Source of the DNA: Escherichia phage ECO07P1
Direction: 5' to 3' (one strand)
Sequence record: OP172784
Length of the DNA: 64,000 bases
The stretch's first letter is position 1, and the number at the start of each line of letters is the position of its first letter. Of the stretch, positions 23,770-33,009 are shown one piece after another. A model generated the notes under the pieces. The model was not told where the DNA came from. It searched no databases and saw only the letters and a list, made by a program, of their open reading frames with translations. Made by a program: the position numbers and the translations under genes.

Positions 23770-23845
23770 CGAGGCATAGCTCAGAAGGAAGAGCAAGGAC
23801 CTTCTAAGTCCTAGGTCGTAGGTTCGATCCCTACTGCCTCGACCA
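23770..23845 (+). tRNA. tRNA-Arg (anticodon UCU)
   Basis: Acceptor cgaggca/tgcctcg, anticodon stem aggac/gtcct, loop ctTCTaa, CCA. Confidence 0.85.
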
Positions 23846-23861
23846 ATTAAGTGAGGAAAAT

Positions 23862-24212
23862 ATGAAAGGTAATGTTTATTTAGTAGTTCATGATTTAACA
23901 TTCTATTTTAATCATAATGACACTGTTATTTCTGAACGCGTAATTAATTTGCTTTATCAGCACGCAGATTATGTTTATGTCGAAAACGAATACGGTCATT
24001 GGCAATTTCTCAAAAATCGTTCATTTGGTTTAGATGGTTACGAATACTTTGAACGTAAAGACCTTTTAGATAAAATTCCATTATCTACACAATATCAAAA
24101 TCACAAGTCTTTACATAAATGCCGTCCAATTCGAAATGTTGAATCTGCGTATGAAGCAATTGATTTGTGGCGTAAACGCCGTGAACAGATTGATGCTTTA
24201 AAAGAATATTAA
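23862..24212 (+). CDS. hypothetical protein
   Basis: 116-aa ORF right after the tRNA array; SD gaggaaaa. Confidence 0.6.
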   Translation: MKGNVYLVVHDLTFYFNHNDTVISERVINLLYQHADYVYVENEYGHWQFLKNRSFGLDGYEYFERKDLLDKIPLSTQYQNHKSLHKCRPIRNVESAYEAIDLWRKRREQIDALKEY

Positions 24213-24214
24213 GA

Positions 24215-24553
24215 AACCGGGTCGCTACCGGTAAGTCGTCGGACTGATGTTCCCTGGGTAAGGACTGGCATTAACAAATCTTTACGATTTGTTAATGTCC
24301 CCTTACATCACAGCAGAAACGGCGCACCGAATTATCGATTCGAGGAAATATCTTTGCCGTAAGCCGAGTAGCGTTTTTGACGGAACGTTCGGATATGGTC
24401 GAGATATGGCCTTTTAAAAATATTAAGTAGCGTCAACTGCTTAATAACCGGGTTCGAATCCCGGCGTTTCGTACAAACACTTGCCTTAGCAGGTGGAACC
24501 CCGACAAGGTTGCCGCAAGGCTTAGCCCCGACCGAAAGGTTGGGGCTTTTTAG
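24215..24553 (+). ncRNA. structured noncoding RNA region (position of T4 stable RNA species 1/2, rnaC/rnaD)
   Basis: About 340 nt, GC-richer, no ORF; several hairpins and a tRNA-like T-arm ccggg-ttcgaat-cccgg; ends in a terminator. Confidence 0.45.
24525..24553 (+). terminator. rho-independent terminator
   Basis: gccccgacc-gaaa-ggttggggc followed by TTTTT. Confidence 0.55.
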
Positions 24554-24641
24554 TTTGAATCACTCGGATAACGCTGTTACGGATAATAACAAAGTAATAA
24601 ATAATTAATAACCAACCGATAGATTATTTCAAGGATTTTAA

Positions 24642-25205
24642 ATGAAAACTTATGCCGAATTTTTAACCGAAGCAGCAAAATTACCATCTGAAGCAGAACT
24701 TACTAAAGTATTCTTCCAATTGGACCCAAAAGACCGTGGCGATTTTCTTAAGTGGAAAGCTAAAGCTATTGAAATGTATAACATTGATAATAGTTCTTTT
24801 ACGATGAGTCAAGAAAATAAATTCAATAAAGCATTTTTCAAAATTTCTAAGAAACTGGCATCTGGCGCTCAGGTTCCTAAATCTGCCTTAGCTACTCCTG
24901 AACGTGCGCCTGTTAAAATTTCTAAGAATATGTTCGACACTAAAAAATACGTTAATGCTTTGAATAAAGCTCTTGATGCATTGGATGATGCAAAGAAGGC
25001 AGCCCGTGATCTTCAAGACGTGTACATCGATTTTGATCGTAAAACTAAAGGTTCTATTTCAAATAGCGAACGCAATAGTGTAAGCGTTTATTCTGATAGC
25101 CTTGACGTTCTTGGCGATGCGTATACTGAAATTAAAAATCGTATTAACACCGCATCTAAACTAAAAGCTGCCGCAGAAGCTATAATAGCTAAACTAGATA
25201 AATAA
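24642..25205 (+). CDS. 187-aa protein with capsid-targeting sequence (candidate internal protein)
   Basis: N-terminus MKTYAEFLTEAA (CTS-like); lysine-rich helical remainder. Confidence 0.7.
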   Translation: MKTYAEFLTEAAKLPSEAELTKVFFQLDPKDRGDFLKWKAKAIEMYNIDNSSFTMSQENKFNKAFFKISKKLASGAQVPKSALATPERAPVKISKNMFDTKKYVNALNKALDALDDAKKAARDLQDVYIDFDRKTKGSISNSERNSVSVYSDSLDVLGDAYTEIKNRINTASKLKAAAEAIIAKLDK

Positions 25206-25213
25206 TTTTAAAT

Positions 25214-25238
25214 CCCTATCTAAATGATAGGGCTTTTT
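25214..25238 (+). terminator. rho-independent terminator
   Basis: ccctatc-taaat-gataggg then CTTTTT. Confidence 0.6.
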
Positions 25239-25372
25239 GGTATCTAGGCCTTTCTGGACCTCTCTAAGAATCATTTAGTTTCTACCCTTTATAATATATT
25301 ATCCTATCCTTTAATTGCCCCTCCCTGTCCTAGAATTCCCTAAAACTTTTTAAAAAATTTTTTCACAAAACT

Positions 25373-25403
25373 GTTTACATCCCCGTTCTTCCATGGTACT
25401 ATA
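25373..25403 (+). promoter_or_regulatory. early promoter with A/T UP element
   Basis: aaaaaattttttcacaaaactGTTTACA, 18-bp spacer, tGGTACTAT; cassette recurs at 41757. Confidence 0.6.
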
Positions 25404-25446
25404 CAACTATCAACTACTGATACAGAAAAACAACTTGGAGAATGAA

Positions 25447-25710
25447 ATGGATAATTACGGCGAACTGTTCAACTTCTTTATGAAATGCGTTTCAGAAGAT
25501 TTCGGTCGTACAGTGAATGATATTAAAGTCATCGGTCCTGACCATCCGATGTTTGAAACTTACGCAGTAATGGGTAATGAAGACGGTCAGTGGTATACTG
25601 TAAAAGTTGTGATTAATATGTTCACTGCTGAAGGTTATGTTAAACTGTCTTCTAAAGTTTACCACGATAACGATGAAATCGCAGAAGAATATTTCAATAA
25701 TATGAAATAA
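25447..25710 (+). CDS. hypothetical protein
   Basis: 87 aa from ATG with SD ggag; track ORF extends upstream into the promoter. Confidence 0.6.
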   Translation: MDNYGELFNFFMKCVSEDFGRTVNDIKVIGPDHPMFETYAVMGNEDGQWYTVKVVINMFTAEGYVKLSSKVYHDNDEIAEEYFNNMK

Positions 25711-25778
25711 GTGTGTACAAACACCAAGGATGGTGTTATTATAGACTTATCAAAACAATCACAGAAGCGGAGAAATAA

Positions 25779-25955
25779 ATGACTACTTTAACTATTTGGT
25801 TTGACGAAAATGAAGAAACATACTGTGTGAACATTGATGAAAGTCCAATGCCAGAATTTGAATCTTCAGATAAAAACTCGGTTGTATCTTGGGCTGAAGG
25901 TTATAAAGCAGCAAAAGGCGATGTTGAAATAGTTTACAAACTATCCGGAGTATAA
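25779..25955 (+). CDS. hypothetical small protein (58 aa)
   Basis: ORF below track threshold; SD ggag 7 nt upstream. Confidence 0.4.
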   Translation: MTTLTIWFDENEETYCVNIDESPMPEFESSDKNSVVSWAEGYKAAKGDVEIVYKLSGV

Positions 25956-25998
25956 TACTCTCATGGATTTTAAATCTTAATTAACCTAAGGAAATACT

Positions 25999-26592
25999 AT
26001 GAACACACTGAAGAAAATTGTTGATTTTATTCGCACTAAACTTGGTTCTGCAATGGCTAAAAATCTATCTGTTGAAGAACAGTATACTGCTGCAGCAGCA
26101 AAACTGCTTGATAAAATTAAAGACCTAAAAACTGCTTCTGTTAAATCTATTAATGAAGAAAAACGTATTCGTGAACTTATTGTTGAAAAGAATAAACAGG
26201 CTGAATCAAAAGAGCGTGAAATTCGCAAGCTTCTTTCCGAAGGTCAAGATGTAACAATGCATGCTAAACTTGGCTTGCTATATCGTCGAACAGCTGAACA
26301 GCTGACTACTAAAGCTGATGGGTATGCTGAAATGCGAATTGAAATCGCCAAGAAAGTAGTTGAGTTAGATGATGCTCGTCAAGAACTTGCAGTTAAATTG
26401 GAATATATCCGTGAAACTCGTGCGGCAAATGCCCTTGGAATTAGTACTGCTGATGATGTAGTTGAAATCGCAGCGCTAACTAAGGTTGATATTGAAGATA
26501 CTCTTGCTCGAGTTGAAACCTTTAACGGTAATATTTCCGGGGTTGAAACCACCTCTGCCGATGTCCAGGAATATATTAATTCTCTGAAATAA
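25999..26592 (+). CDS. alpha-helical coiled-coil protein, function unknown
   Basis: 197 aa, heptad-rich and charged. Confidence 0.65.
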   Translation: MNTLKKIVDFIRTKLGSAMAKNLSVEEQYTAAAAKLLDKIKDLKTASVKSINEEKRIRELIVEKNKQAESKEREIRKLLSEGQDVTMHAKLGLLYRRTAEQLTTKADGYAEMRIEIAKKVVELDDARQELAVKLEYIRETRAANALGISTADDVVEIAALTKVDIEDTLARVETFNGNISGVETTSADVQEYINSLK

Positions 26593-26597
26593 TGATA

Positions 26598-26620
26598 AGG
26601 GGCTTCGGCCCCTATTACTT
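26598..26620 (+). terminator. terminator hairpin with GCTTCGGC loop
   Basis: aggggcttcggcccct then T-rich tail. Confidence 0.5.
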
Positions 26621-26633
26621 GGAGTAAATAGGA

Positions 26634-27242
26634 ATGAAAATGCAAAGTGATTTCAATTCAATGTTTGAAGAGTTCCAAAGACAGGTTGATGTTCCAGACC
26701 AATTACTAAATGCTCTTAAACGTATGGCAGAAGGACGTAATTATTATTGGGGGTCTTCATATGAAACTGATGAAAGTCTTTCTGGAAGATTTTCTAGAGG
26801 TAAAAAGTCTTTAATACGTCCTGGAATACTCATTAAAAGTATTGAATCAATTCATTCATTGACGTGTGATTTTGATGTTGAATTTACTGATTTCATTTCT
26901 CCTGAATGGACAGTTTGTTATTTAAATGACGATTATGATTATCTTGGCGTTTATAGTTTAAGTGACGCATGGTTTAAACGTAATTTACAAAAGTCAAATT
27001 TGTTCTATATTGATACTACGGTAAAATTTCAGGGAAAGAAATATTTCTTTACTCTTATAGTTGACTCTGAAACAAAATATGAAAATAAGCGTATTCTTAG
27101 TAAAAAGAATATCTTAACTATCGTTGATGATCTTTTTGATAAATTCGTGGAAAATCCTAATTTTGAAAGCGATTTATTATTAGAAAAATTTGTTAAGGAA
27201 TGTAGAGAATATGTCAAAGCCATCACTATACCTTCCAAGTAA
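26634..27242 (+). CDS. hypothetical protein sharing the C-terminal FVKECR motif with the downstream membrane-protein family
   Basis: 202 aa; ends EKFVKECREYVK overlapping the next gene start. Confidence 0.65.
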   Translation: MKMQSDFNSMFEEFQRQVDVPDQLLNALKRMAEGRNYYWGSSYETDESLSGRFSRGKKSLIRPGILIKSIESIHSLTCDFDVEFTDFISPEWTVCYLNDDYDYLGVYSLSDAWFKRNLQKSNLFYIDTTVKFQGKKYFFTLIVDSETKYENKRILSKKNILTIVDDLFDKFVENPNFESDLLLEKFVKECREYVKAITIPSK

Positions 27243-27603
27243 ACCTGTGAAGTATGAACTAAAGCGTCAGCTAATTCCTACTGATGTATTAATAGGTCCT
27301 GTGACAGCTATATCATTTGTAATTCTATTGATTGTTGGAATGGTTATAGACTTTATGACTGATATTGAATCTGGCGTAATATTTTTGTTAATATTAATTC
27401 TTCCATTAGTAGTTCCATTTTTATTGGTACCTGTAAATTGGGTAGGATATTGGTATCAAGGAAGGCATTATCGTAAACGTGTACGTGAATGGAAAGCTCA
27501 GTGTAAAAAGATTAAAAAGGAACACCAGCTTAAACTAAATATGTATGAATTTAATGAAATTATGAAATTTGTTAAGGAATCACGATGCAAAAGCCAAAAC
27601 TAA
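27211..27603 (+). CDS. two-TM membrane protein, family member 1
   Basis: 130 aa; two hydrophobic helices, basic tail; C-terminus EIMKFVKESRC. Confidence 0.65.
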   Translation: MSKPSLYLPSKPVKYELKRQLIPTDVLIGPVTAISFVILLIVGMVIDFMTDIESGVIFLLILILPLVVPFLLVPVNWVGYWYQGRHYRKRVREWKAQCKKIKKEHQLKLNMYEFNEIMKFVKESRCKSQN

Positions 27604-27959
27604 ATAAAGTCAAATATTCTTTTTCTGAGTCATTTTTAATTTTTGCTGTGGCGTTGGCTGCAGCTCTTGCTGGTAGTCTTATTGGATTAATGATTGACTG
27701 TATTATTTTAAACATCCGCAGTAACGTCAGCGGTATAGTAGATATAATAGAAGTTTGGAGTGAACTTCATTATACTATAGCAATTTCATTATTTTCATTC
27801 TTTAGTATCATTTTATATTTTCATTATGATAATTTTAAAATAAATTGGCAAAGAAAAAAGGATTACAAAATACAATTAAAAGAATATAATAACTACATGT
27901 CTTATATTGAAAATGAATCAATGGAAGAGTTTGTGAGTGATTGCAGGAAAATCAAATGA
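27585..27959 (+). CDS. two-TM membrane protein, family member 2
   Basis: 124 aa; C-terminus EEFVSDCRKIK; stop overlaps next start (ATGA). Confidence 0.65.
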   Translation: MQKPKLNKVKYSFSESFLIFAVALAAALAGSLIGLMIDCIILNIRSNVSGIVDIIEVWSELHYTIAISLFSFFSIILYFHYDNFKINWQRKKDYKIQLKEYNNYMSYIENESMEEFVSDCRKIK

Positions 27960-28444
27960 TTTTAAAAACTCGCTGGTATGATTTAGATGACGGGGATGAT
28001 GGCATTTCAGTTGATAGAGTTGACTGGAATGGCTGTTCCGAAGATATGAAAAATTTGCTGATTAGGGAGTTTAGAATGGGATATCAACCAGTTAAGCCAT
28101 CTACTGCAACAGATGATAAGTTTGTATGTATTCAAAATGGCCGCGCTAAGTTAACGAACGCTGATTGGTTCACAGATAAGAAGGTTATTCTGTGGTATAT
28201 CATTAGTTTTCCTGTGACATCATTTGTATTTTGCTTCTTTGGAGAAAGTCCAGTAGGCAGAACGGGAGATTGGATTCTTTTAACCATACTTGTTAATATT
28301 TTTACAGCAGCAATATTATCTGGGATATGGTACATGTTCATTGAAATGCCATGGCGGTTACGTAGGCAGCAAAAGATTTTTGATGAAAAGAAATATACTC
28401 AAAATTTAAATAACTTTATCACTGAATGCAGGAAATTAAAATGA
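27956..28444 (+). CDS. two-TM membrane protein, family member 3
   Basis: 162 aa from MILKTRWY; C-terminus NNFITECRKLK; ATGA overlap with nudE. Confidence 0.65.
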   Translation: MILKTRWYDLDDGDDGISVDRVDWNGCSEDMKNLLIREFRMGYQPVKPSTATDDKFVCIQNGRAKLTNADWFTDKKVILWYIISFPVTSFVFCFFGESPVGRTGDWILLTILVNIFTAAILSGIWYMFIEMPWRLRRQQKIFDEKKYTQNLNNFITECRKLK

Positions 28445-28881
28445 AAACATTATCAGCTGGTATTATCTTTATGACAGAAGATAAAGATTTATTTATGGGA
28501 CGAGTTACTGGTTCTCGTAAGCCCGGAATGATGGCACATCGCTGGGATATTCCAAAGGGCCGCGTAGAAAGTTTTGATTTGAATGCACTGGAAGCTGCAA
28601 AAAGAGAATGCTCAGAAGAGACTGGTTTTAGCAATTATAATCCAGACCTTCTAGAAGACCTAGGTGTATTTAAATATTCTAGTAATAAAGACTTACAGTT
28701 ATTTTATTATACGATTCCAGTAGAGCATGAGATGTTTAGAAATTGCCATTGCGAGTCTTATTTTGAAAATAAAGATGGCGTTATGATTCCAGAGATGGAT
28801 GCTTTTGCTCTTATTCCTCGTACTCAGTGGCAATATGTGATGGGTCCTTCACTTTACCGAATAATGAACAACCTCTTTTAA
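28441..28881 (+). CDS. nudE: Nudix hydrolase NudE
   Basis: Nudix box (RECSEETGF); immediately upstream of e as in T4. Confidence 0.85.
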   Translation: MKTLSAGIIFMTEDKDLFMGRVTGSRKPGMMAHRWDIPKGRVESFDLNALEAAKRECSEETGFSNYNPDLLEDLGVFKYSSNKDLQLFYYTIPVEHEMFRNCHCESYFENKDGVMIPEMDAFALIPRTQWQYVMGPSLYRIMNNLF

Positions 28882-29684
<803 letters not shown>

Positions 29685-29685
29685 T

Positions 29686-29716
29686 GTTTACTTCCTCCAA
29701 GGACTTTGATACTATA
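29686..29716 (+). promoter_or_regulatory. early promoter for denV
   Basis: GTTTAC, 18 bp, tGATACTAT; SD ggagg then ATG. Confidence 0.6.
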
Positions 29717-29742
29717 CATTCATCAACTACTTGGAGGAAATT

Positions 29743-30156
29743 ATGACTCGTATCAATTTAACACTTGTTTCTGAACTGACCGACCAACATCTTATGGCTG
29801 AGTATCGTGAATTACCACGCGTATTTGGTGCAGTCCGTAAACATGTTCAAAACGGTAAACGTGTAAAGGATTTTAAAATCTCTCCAACATTTATCTTAGG
29901 CACAGGTCACGTAACATTCTTTTACGACAAACTCGAATTTTTACGTTTACGTCAAATCGAGCTAATCGCTGAATGCTTGAAACGTGGTTTCAAAATCAAG
30001 GACACGACTGTCCAGGATATTTCCGACATCCCTGTCGAATTTCGTAATAATTATGTCCCGTCCGAAGCGTCCATTGCGATAAGTCAAGCTCGCTTAGATG
30101 AAAAAATTGCTCAACGCCCTACTTGGTACAAATACTATGGTAAATCAATTTACTAA
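29743..30156 (+). CDS. denV: endonuclease V (pyrimidine dimer DNA glycosylase)
   Basis: 137 aa; [31 protein letters not shown] matches remembered T4 endo V. Confidence 0.95.
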   Translation: MTRINLTLVSELTDQHLMAEYRELPRVFGAVRKHVQNGKRVKDFKISPTFILGTGHVTFFYDKLEFLRLRQIELIAECLKRGFKIKDTTVQDISDIPVEFRNNYVPSEASIAISQARLDEKIAQRPTWYKYYGKSIY

Positions 30157-30162
30157 GGAAAA

Positions 30163-30421
30163 ATGAAAATGTATCAAGAATTTATCGCTGAAGCAGATGC
30201 CAAAGGCCCCAAATTTAAAGTTAAAGCTTTCGTTGGTGATGCGGAAGACTTTGGCTCATTAAAACGTAATGGGTATTTTTCCTAGGCGGCGATGGTAGAG
30301 AAATAAACACCTATGCAAAACGTAGTGAATTGCTTATGTTGCTGCAAGTCCTAAAGTAGATGTTGACGATATTGGATACGATTTTAACAACTTCGGAATT
30401 ATTTCTGGCGGTGAAGCTTAA
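30163..30421 (+). pseudogene. decayed CTS-type internal-protein gene (frame broken at least twice)
   Basis: ATG with SD aaggaaaa encodes MKMYQEFIAEADAKGPK..., stop after 40 codons; coding-like sequence continues in two other frames. Confidence 0.4.
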
Positions 30422-30424
30422 ACG

Positions 30425-30455
30425 GTTTACGCTTAAGTATTAATATGGTATAATT
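30425..30455 (+). promoter_or_regulatory. early promoter for ipIII
   Basis: GTTTAC, 18 bp, tGGTATAAT. Confidence 0.6.
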
Positions 30456-30484
30456 ACTCTATCAAAACAAACAAGGAAACAAAA

Positions 30485-31063
30485 ATGAAAACGTATAAAG
30501 AATTTATTGCTGAAGCTTCTGTGGAAAAGGCCAAAGGCATTAATAAGGACGAGTGGAACTATCGTGGTGGAAACGGCTTTGACCCTAAAACTGCTCCACT
30601 TGAACGATATCTAGCCACAAAAGCTTCTGACTTTAAAGCTTTCGCTTGGGAAGGACTTCGCTGGCGTACCGATCTAAATATTGAAGTTGATGGGCTTAAA
30701 TTTGGCCATATTCAAGATGTTGTTGCTAGTAACTTGGATGCAGCTTTTGTTAAAGCTGACGGTGACCTTCGTCGCTGGAATTTAAAACTATTCTCTAAAC
30801 AGAAAGGCCCGGTGTTTGTGCCTAAAGCTGGTAAATGGGTTATTGATAATAAATTAGCTAAGGCTGTCAACTACGCTGGTCTTGAATTCGCCAAGCACAA
30901 ATCATCATGGAAAGGTCTGGATGCAATGGCTTTCCGTAAAGAATTTGCTGATGTTATGGCTAAAGGCGGCTTTAAGGCAGAAATAGATACCTCTAAAGGT
31001 ACGTTTAAGGACGCTAATGTTCAGTACGCTTATGCCGTTGCTAACGCAGCCCGTGGTAATTAA
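30485..31063 (+). CDS. ipIII: internal protein III
   Basis: 192 aa; CTS MKTYKEFIAEA; size as T4 IPIII. Confidence 0.8.
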   Translation: MKTYKEFIAEASVEKAKGINKDEWNYRGGNGFDPKTAPLERYLATKASDFKAFAWEGLRWRTDLNIEVDGLKFGHIQDVVASNLDAAFVKADGDLRRWNLKLFSKQKGPVFVPKAGKWVIDNKLAKAVNYAGLEFAKHKSSWKGLDAMAFRKEFADVMAKGGFKAEIDTSKGTFKDANVQYAYAVANAARGN

Positions 31064-31104
31064 TAAGGCCGATACTTAGGCTTATTTACATTTAAAGGAA
31101 ACAT

Positions 31105-31407
31105 ATGAAAACATATCAAGAATTTATTACTGAAGCTCGAGTGAGTGCAGGTAAATTAGAATCCGCTATAAATAAAAAGGCCCATTCATTTCATGATTTG
31201 TCCGATAAAGACCGTAAGAAACTTATAAGCCTTTATATTGACAAAGAGCGTATTCTCGCTCTTCCTGGCGCTAATGAAGGTAAACAGGCCAAGCCTTTGA
31301 ATGCTGTCGAAAAGAAAATTGATAACTTTGCTTCTAAATTCGGTATGTCTATGGATGACCTTCAGCAAGCGGCTATCGAAGCAGCTAAAGTAATTAAAGG
31401 TAAATAA
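31105..31407 (+). CDS. ipII: internal protein II
   Basis: 100 aa; CTS MKTYQEFITEA; size as T4 IPII. Confidence 0.8.
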   Translation: MKTYQEFITEARVSAGKLESAINKKAHSFHDLSDKDRKKLISLYIDKERILALPGANEGKQAKPLNAVEKKIDNFASKFGMSMDDLQQAAIEAAKVIKGK

Positions 31408-31550
31408 CATGGGAACAACCTGGACCTCATGATTCTATGAGGGATTCCCGCCAACCTGTAATAAGGGTCGAGCCCAAGTGCGGTAATGGGTAAACACAGA
31501 AATGGACAATTCATGCGCCACGGAATGGCCCAACCTAAAAGAGAAACTAA

Positions 31551-32090
31551 ATGAGAACATTTTTAACTGGTCCTTATCTATCCCTGATGAATGCTTTTAC
31601 ACACCATTCTGATGCTAGAGTAGAAGAAATTTGTAAGAATGATTATGTCCCACCATTTGAAGACTTACTCAAACAGTATTGCACACTTCGACTAGATGGT
31701 GGACGTCAATCCGGTAAATCAACTGCAGTAACTAATTTTGCCGCTAATTGGTTGTATGATGGCGGAACAGTTATTGTTCTTTCTAATACTTCAGCTTACG
31801 CTAAAATTTCTGCAAATAACATTAAAAAGGAATTTTCGCGTTATTCTAATGATGATATACGTTTTCGTTTATTTACTGATTCTGTCCGTAGTTTTATCGG
31901 TAATAAAGGAAGCAAGTTCAGAGGTTTATCGCTTTCGCGGATTTTGTATATAATCGATGAGCCTGTTAAATCTCCTGATATGGATAAAATTTACGATATT
32001 CATATTGAAACTGTGCACCACTGTTGCAATAGTAAATGCTGCATTGGTGGTATTATTCGTCCACAGTTTTTCATAATCGGAATGCAATGA
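31551..32090 (+). CDS. P-loop NTPase-like protein
   Basis: 179 aa; Walker A-like GGRQSGKST and Walker B-like ILYIIDEP. Confidence 0.6.
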   Translation: MRTFLTGPYLSLMNAFTHHSDARVEEICKNDYVPPFEDLLKQYCTLRLDGGRQSGKSTAVTNFAANWLYDGGTVIVLSNTSAYAKISANNIKKEFSRYSNDDIRFRLFTDSVRSFIGNKGSKFRGLSLSRILYIIDEPVKSPDMDKIYDIHIETVHHCCNSKCCIGGIIRPQFFIIGMQ

Positions 32091-32269
32091 TGACAGACAC
32101 GCAACTTTTCGAATATCTTTATTTTTCGCCAAAAACTGTTAAAAATAAATTGGTGAATCATTTTGAAATTTTGGCAAATAACAACGTCTTGAGCGAATTT
32201 TATCCTAAGCAATACAAATTACAAAAAAGGCGTATTCAAAGGATGCAGAGTTTTGTGCACTGCTCCTAA
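32087..32269 (+). CDS. hypothetical small protein
   Basis: 60 aa from ATG overlapping upstream stop (ATGATGA); weak SD. Confidence 0.4.
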   Translation: MMTDTQLFEYLYFSPKTVKNKLVNHFEILANNNVLSEFYPKQYKLQKRRIQRMQSFVHCS

Positions 32270-32425
32270 TGCAAGATTAATGAATAAAATTCCATATTTT
32301 ACCATGGAATTTATTGATGGGCCTTTTAAAGGACTAATCACGCAGAGTTTAATGGCATATGATTCTGAGCCATTTTTAATTAAAGAACAATCTTGGATAA
32401 ATTTATTTTCTAATTGAGAGGTTAT

Positions 32426-32788
32426 ATGAAAGCATATCAAATTCTTGAAGGCACGCATAAAGGTACTATTTATTTTGAAGATGGTATTCAAGCACGAATT
32501 ATTGTCTCTAAAACTTTTAAAGAGGACTCTTTTGTAGACCCAGAAATTTTCTATGGTTTGCATGCCCGTGAAATTGAAATTGAAACACAACCTACAGTTA
32601 AAATTGAAGGTGGTCAACACCTGAACGTTAACGTTCTGCGTCGCGAAACTCTGGAAGATGCAGTTAAGCATCCGGAAAAATATCCGCAGCTAACCATCCG
32701 TGTATCCGGTTATGCAGTTCGCTTTAACTCTCTGACTCCGGAACAGCAGCGCGACGTTATCGCTCGTACCTTTACTGAGAGTCTGTAA
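32426..32788 (+). CDS. autonomous glycyl-radical cofactor (GrcA/YfiD-like; T4 Y06I-type)
   Basis: 120 aa; C-terminal about 59 aa ([60 protein letters not shown]) match remembered E. coli GrcA including the RVSGY glycyl-radical motif. Confidence 0.85.
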   Translation: MKAYQILEGTHKGTIYFEDGIQARIIVSKTFKEDSFVDPEIFYGLHAREIEIETQPTVKIEGGQHLNVNVLRRETLEDAVKHPEKYPQLTIRVSGYAVRFNSLTPEQQRDVIARTFTESL

Positions 32789-33009
32789 TGGCAAAGATAA
32801 TTATTGAAGGTTCTAAAGATGTGCTAAATGCTTTCGCCGAATGGTTTAGTAATTCAGGCGAACAGCAATTTAATGAAGCGTGGAATATGGGTGATATTGA
32901 TGGAATTTATCCTACGACAGAAATTTCTGTTCAAGGATATGGAATTCATGAGCCTATTCGTTTAGTTGAATATGATTTAGGTACTGGTGAGGAAGTAAAA
33001 TATGATTGA
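32788..33009 (+). CDS. hypothetical protein
   Basis: 73 aa; overlapping start/stop with neighbours. Confidence 0.55.
   Translation: MAKIIIEGSKDVLNAFAEWFSNSGEQQFNEAWNMGDIDGIYPTTEISVQGYGIHEPIRLVEYDLGTGEEVKYD

Noticed and set aside
32219-32671. Minus-strand 150-aa ORF overlapping the grcA-like gene
   Set aside because: Antisense to a gene with a strongly conserved C-terminal half; Cys/Phe-rich low-complexity translation typical of a spurious frame.
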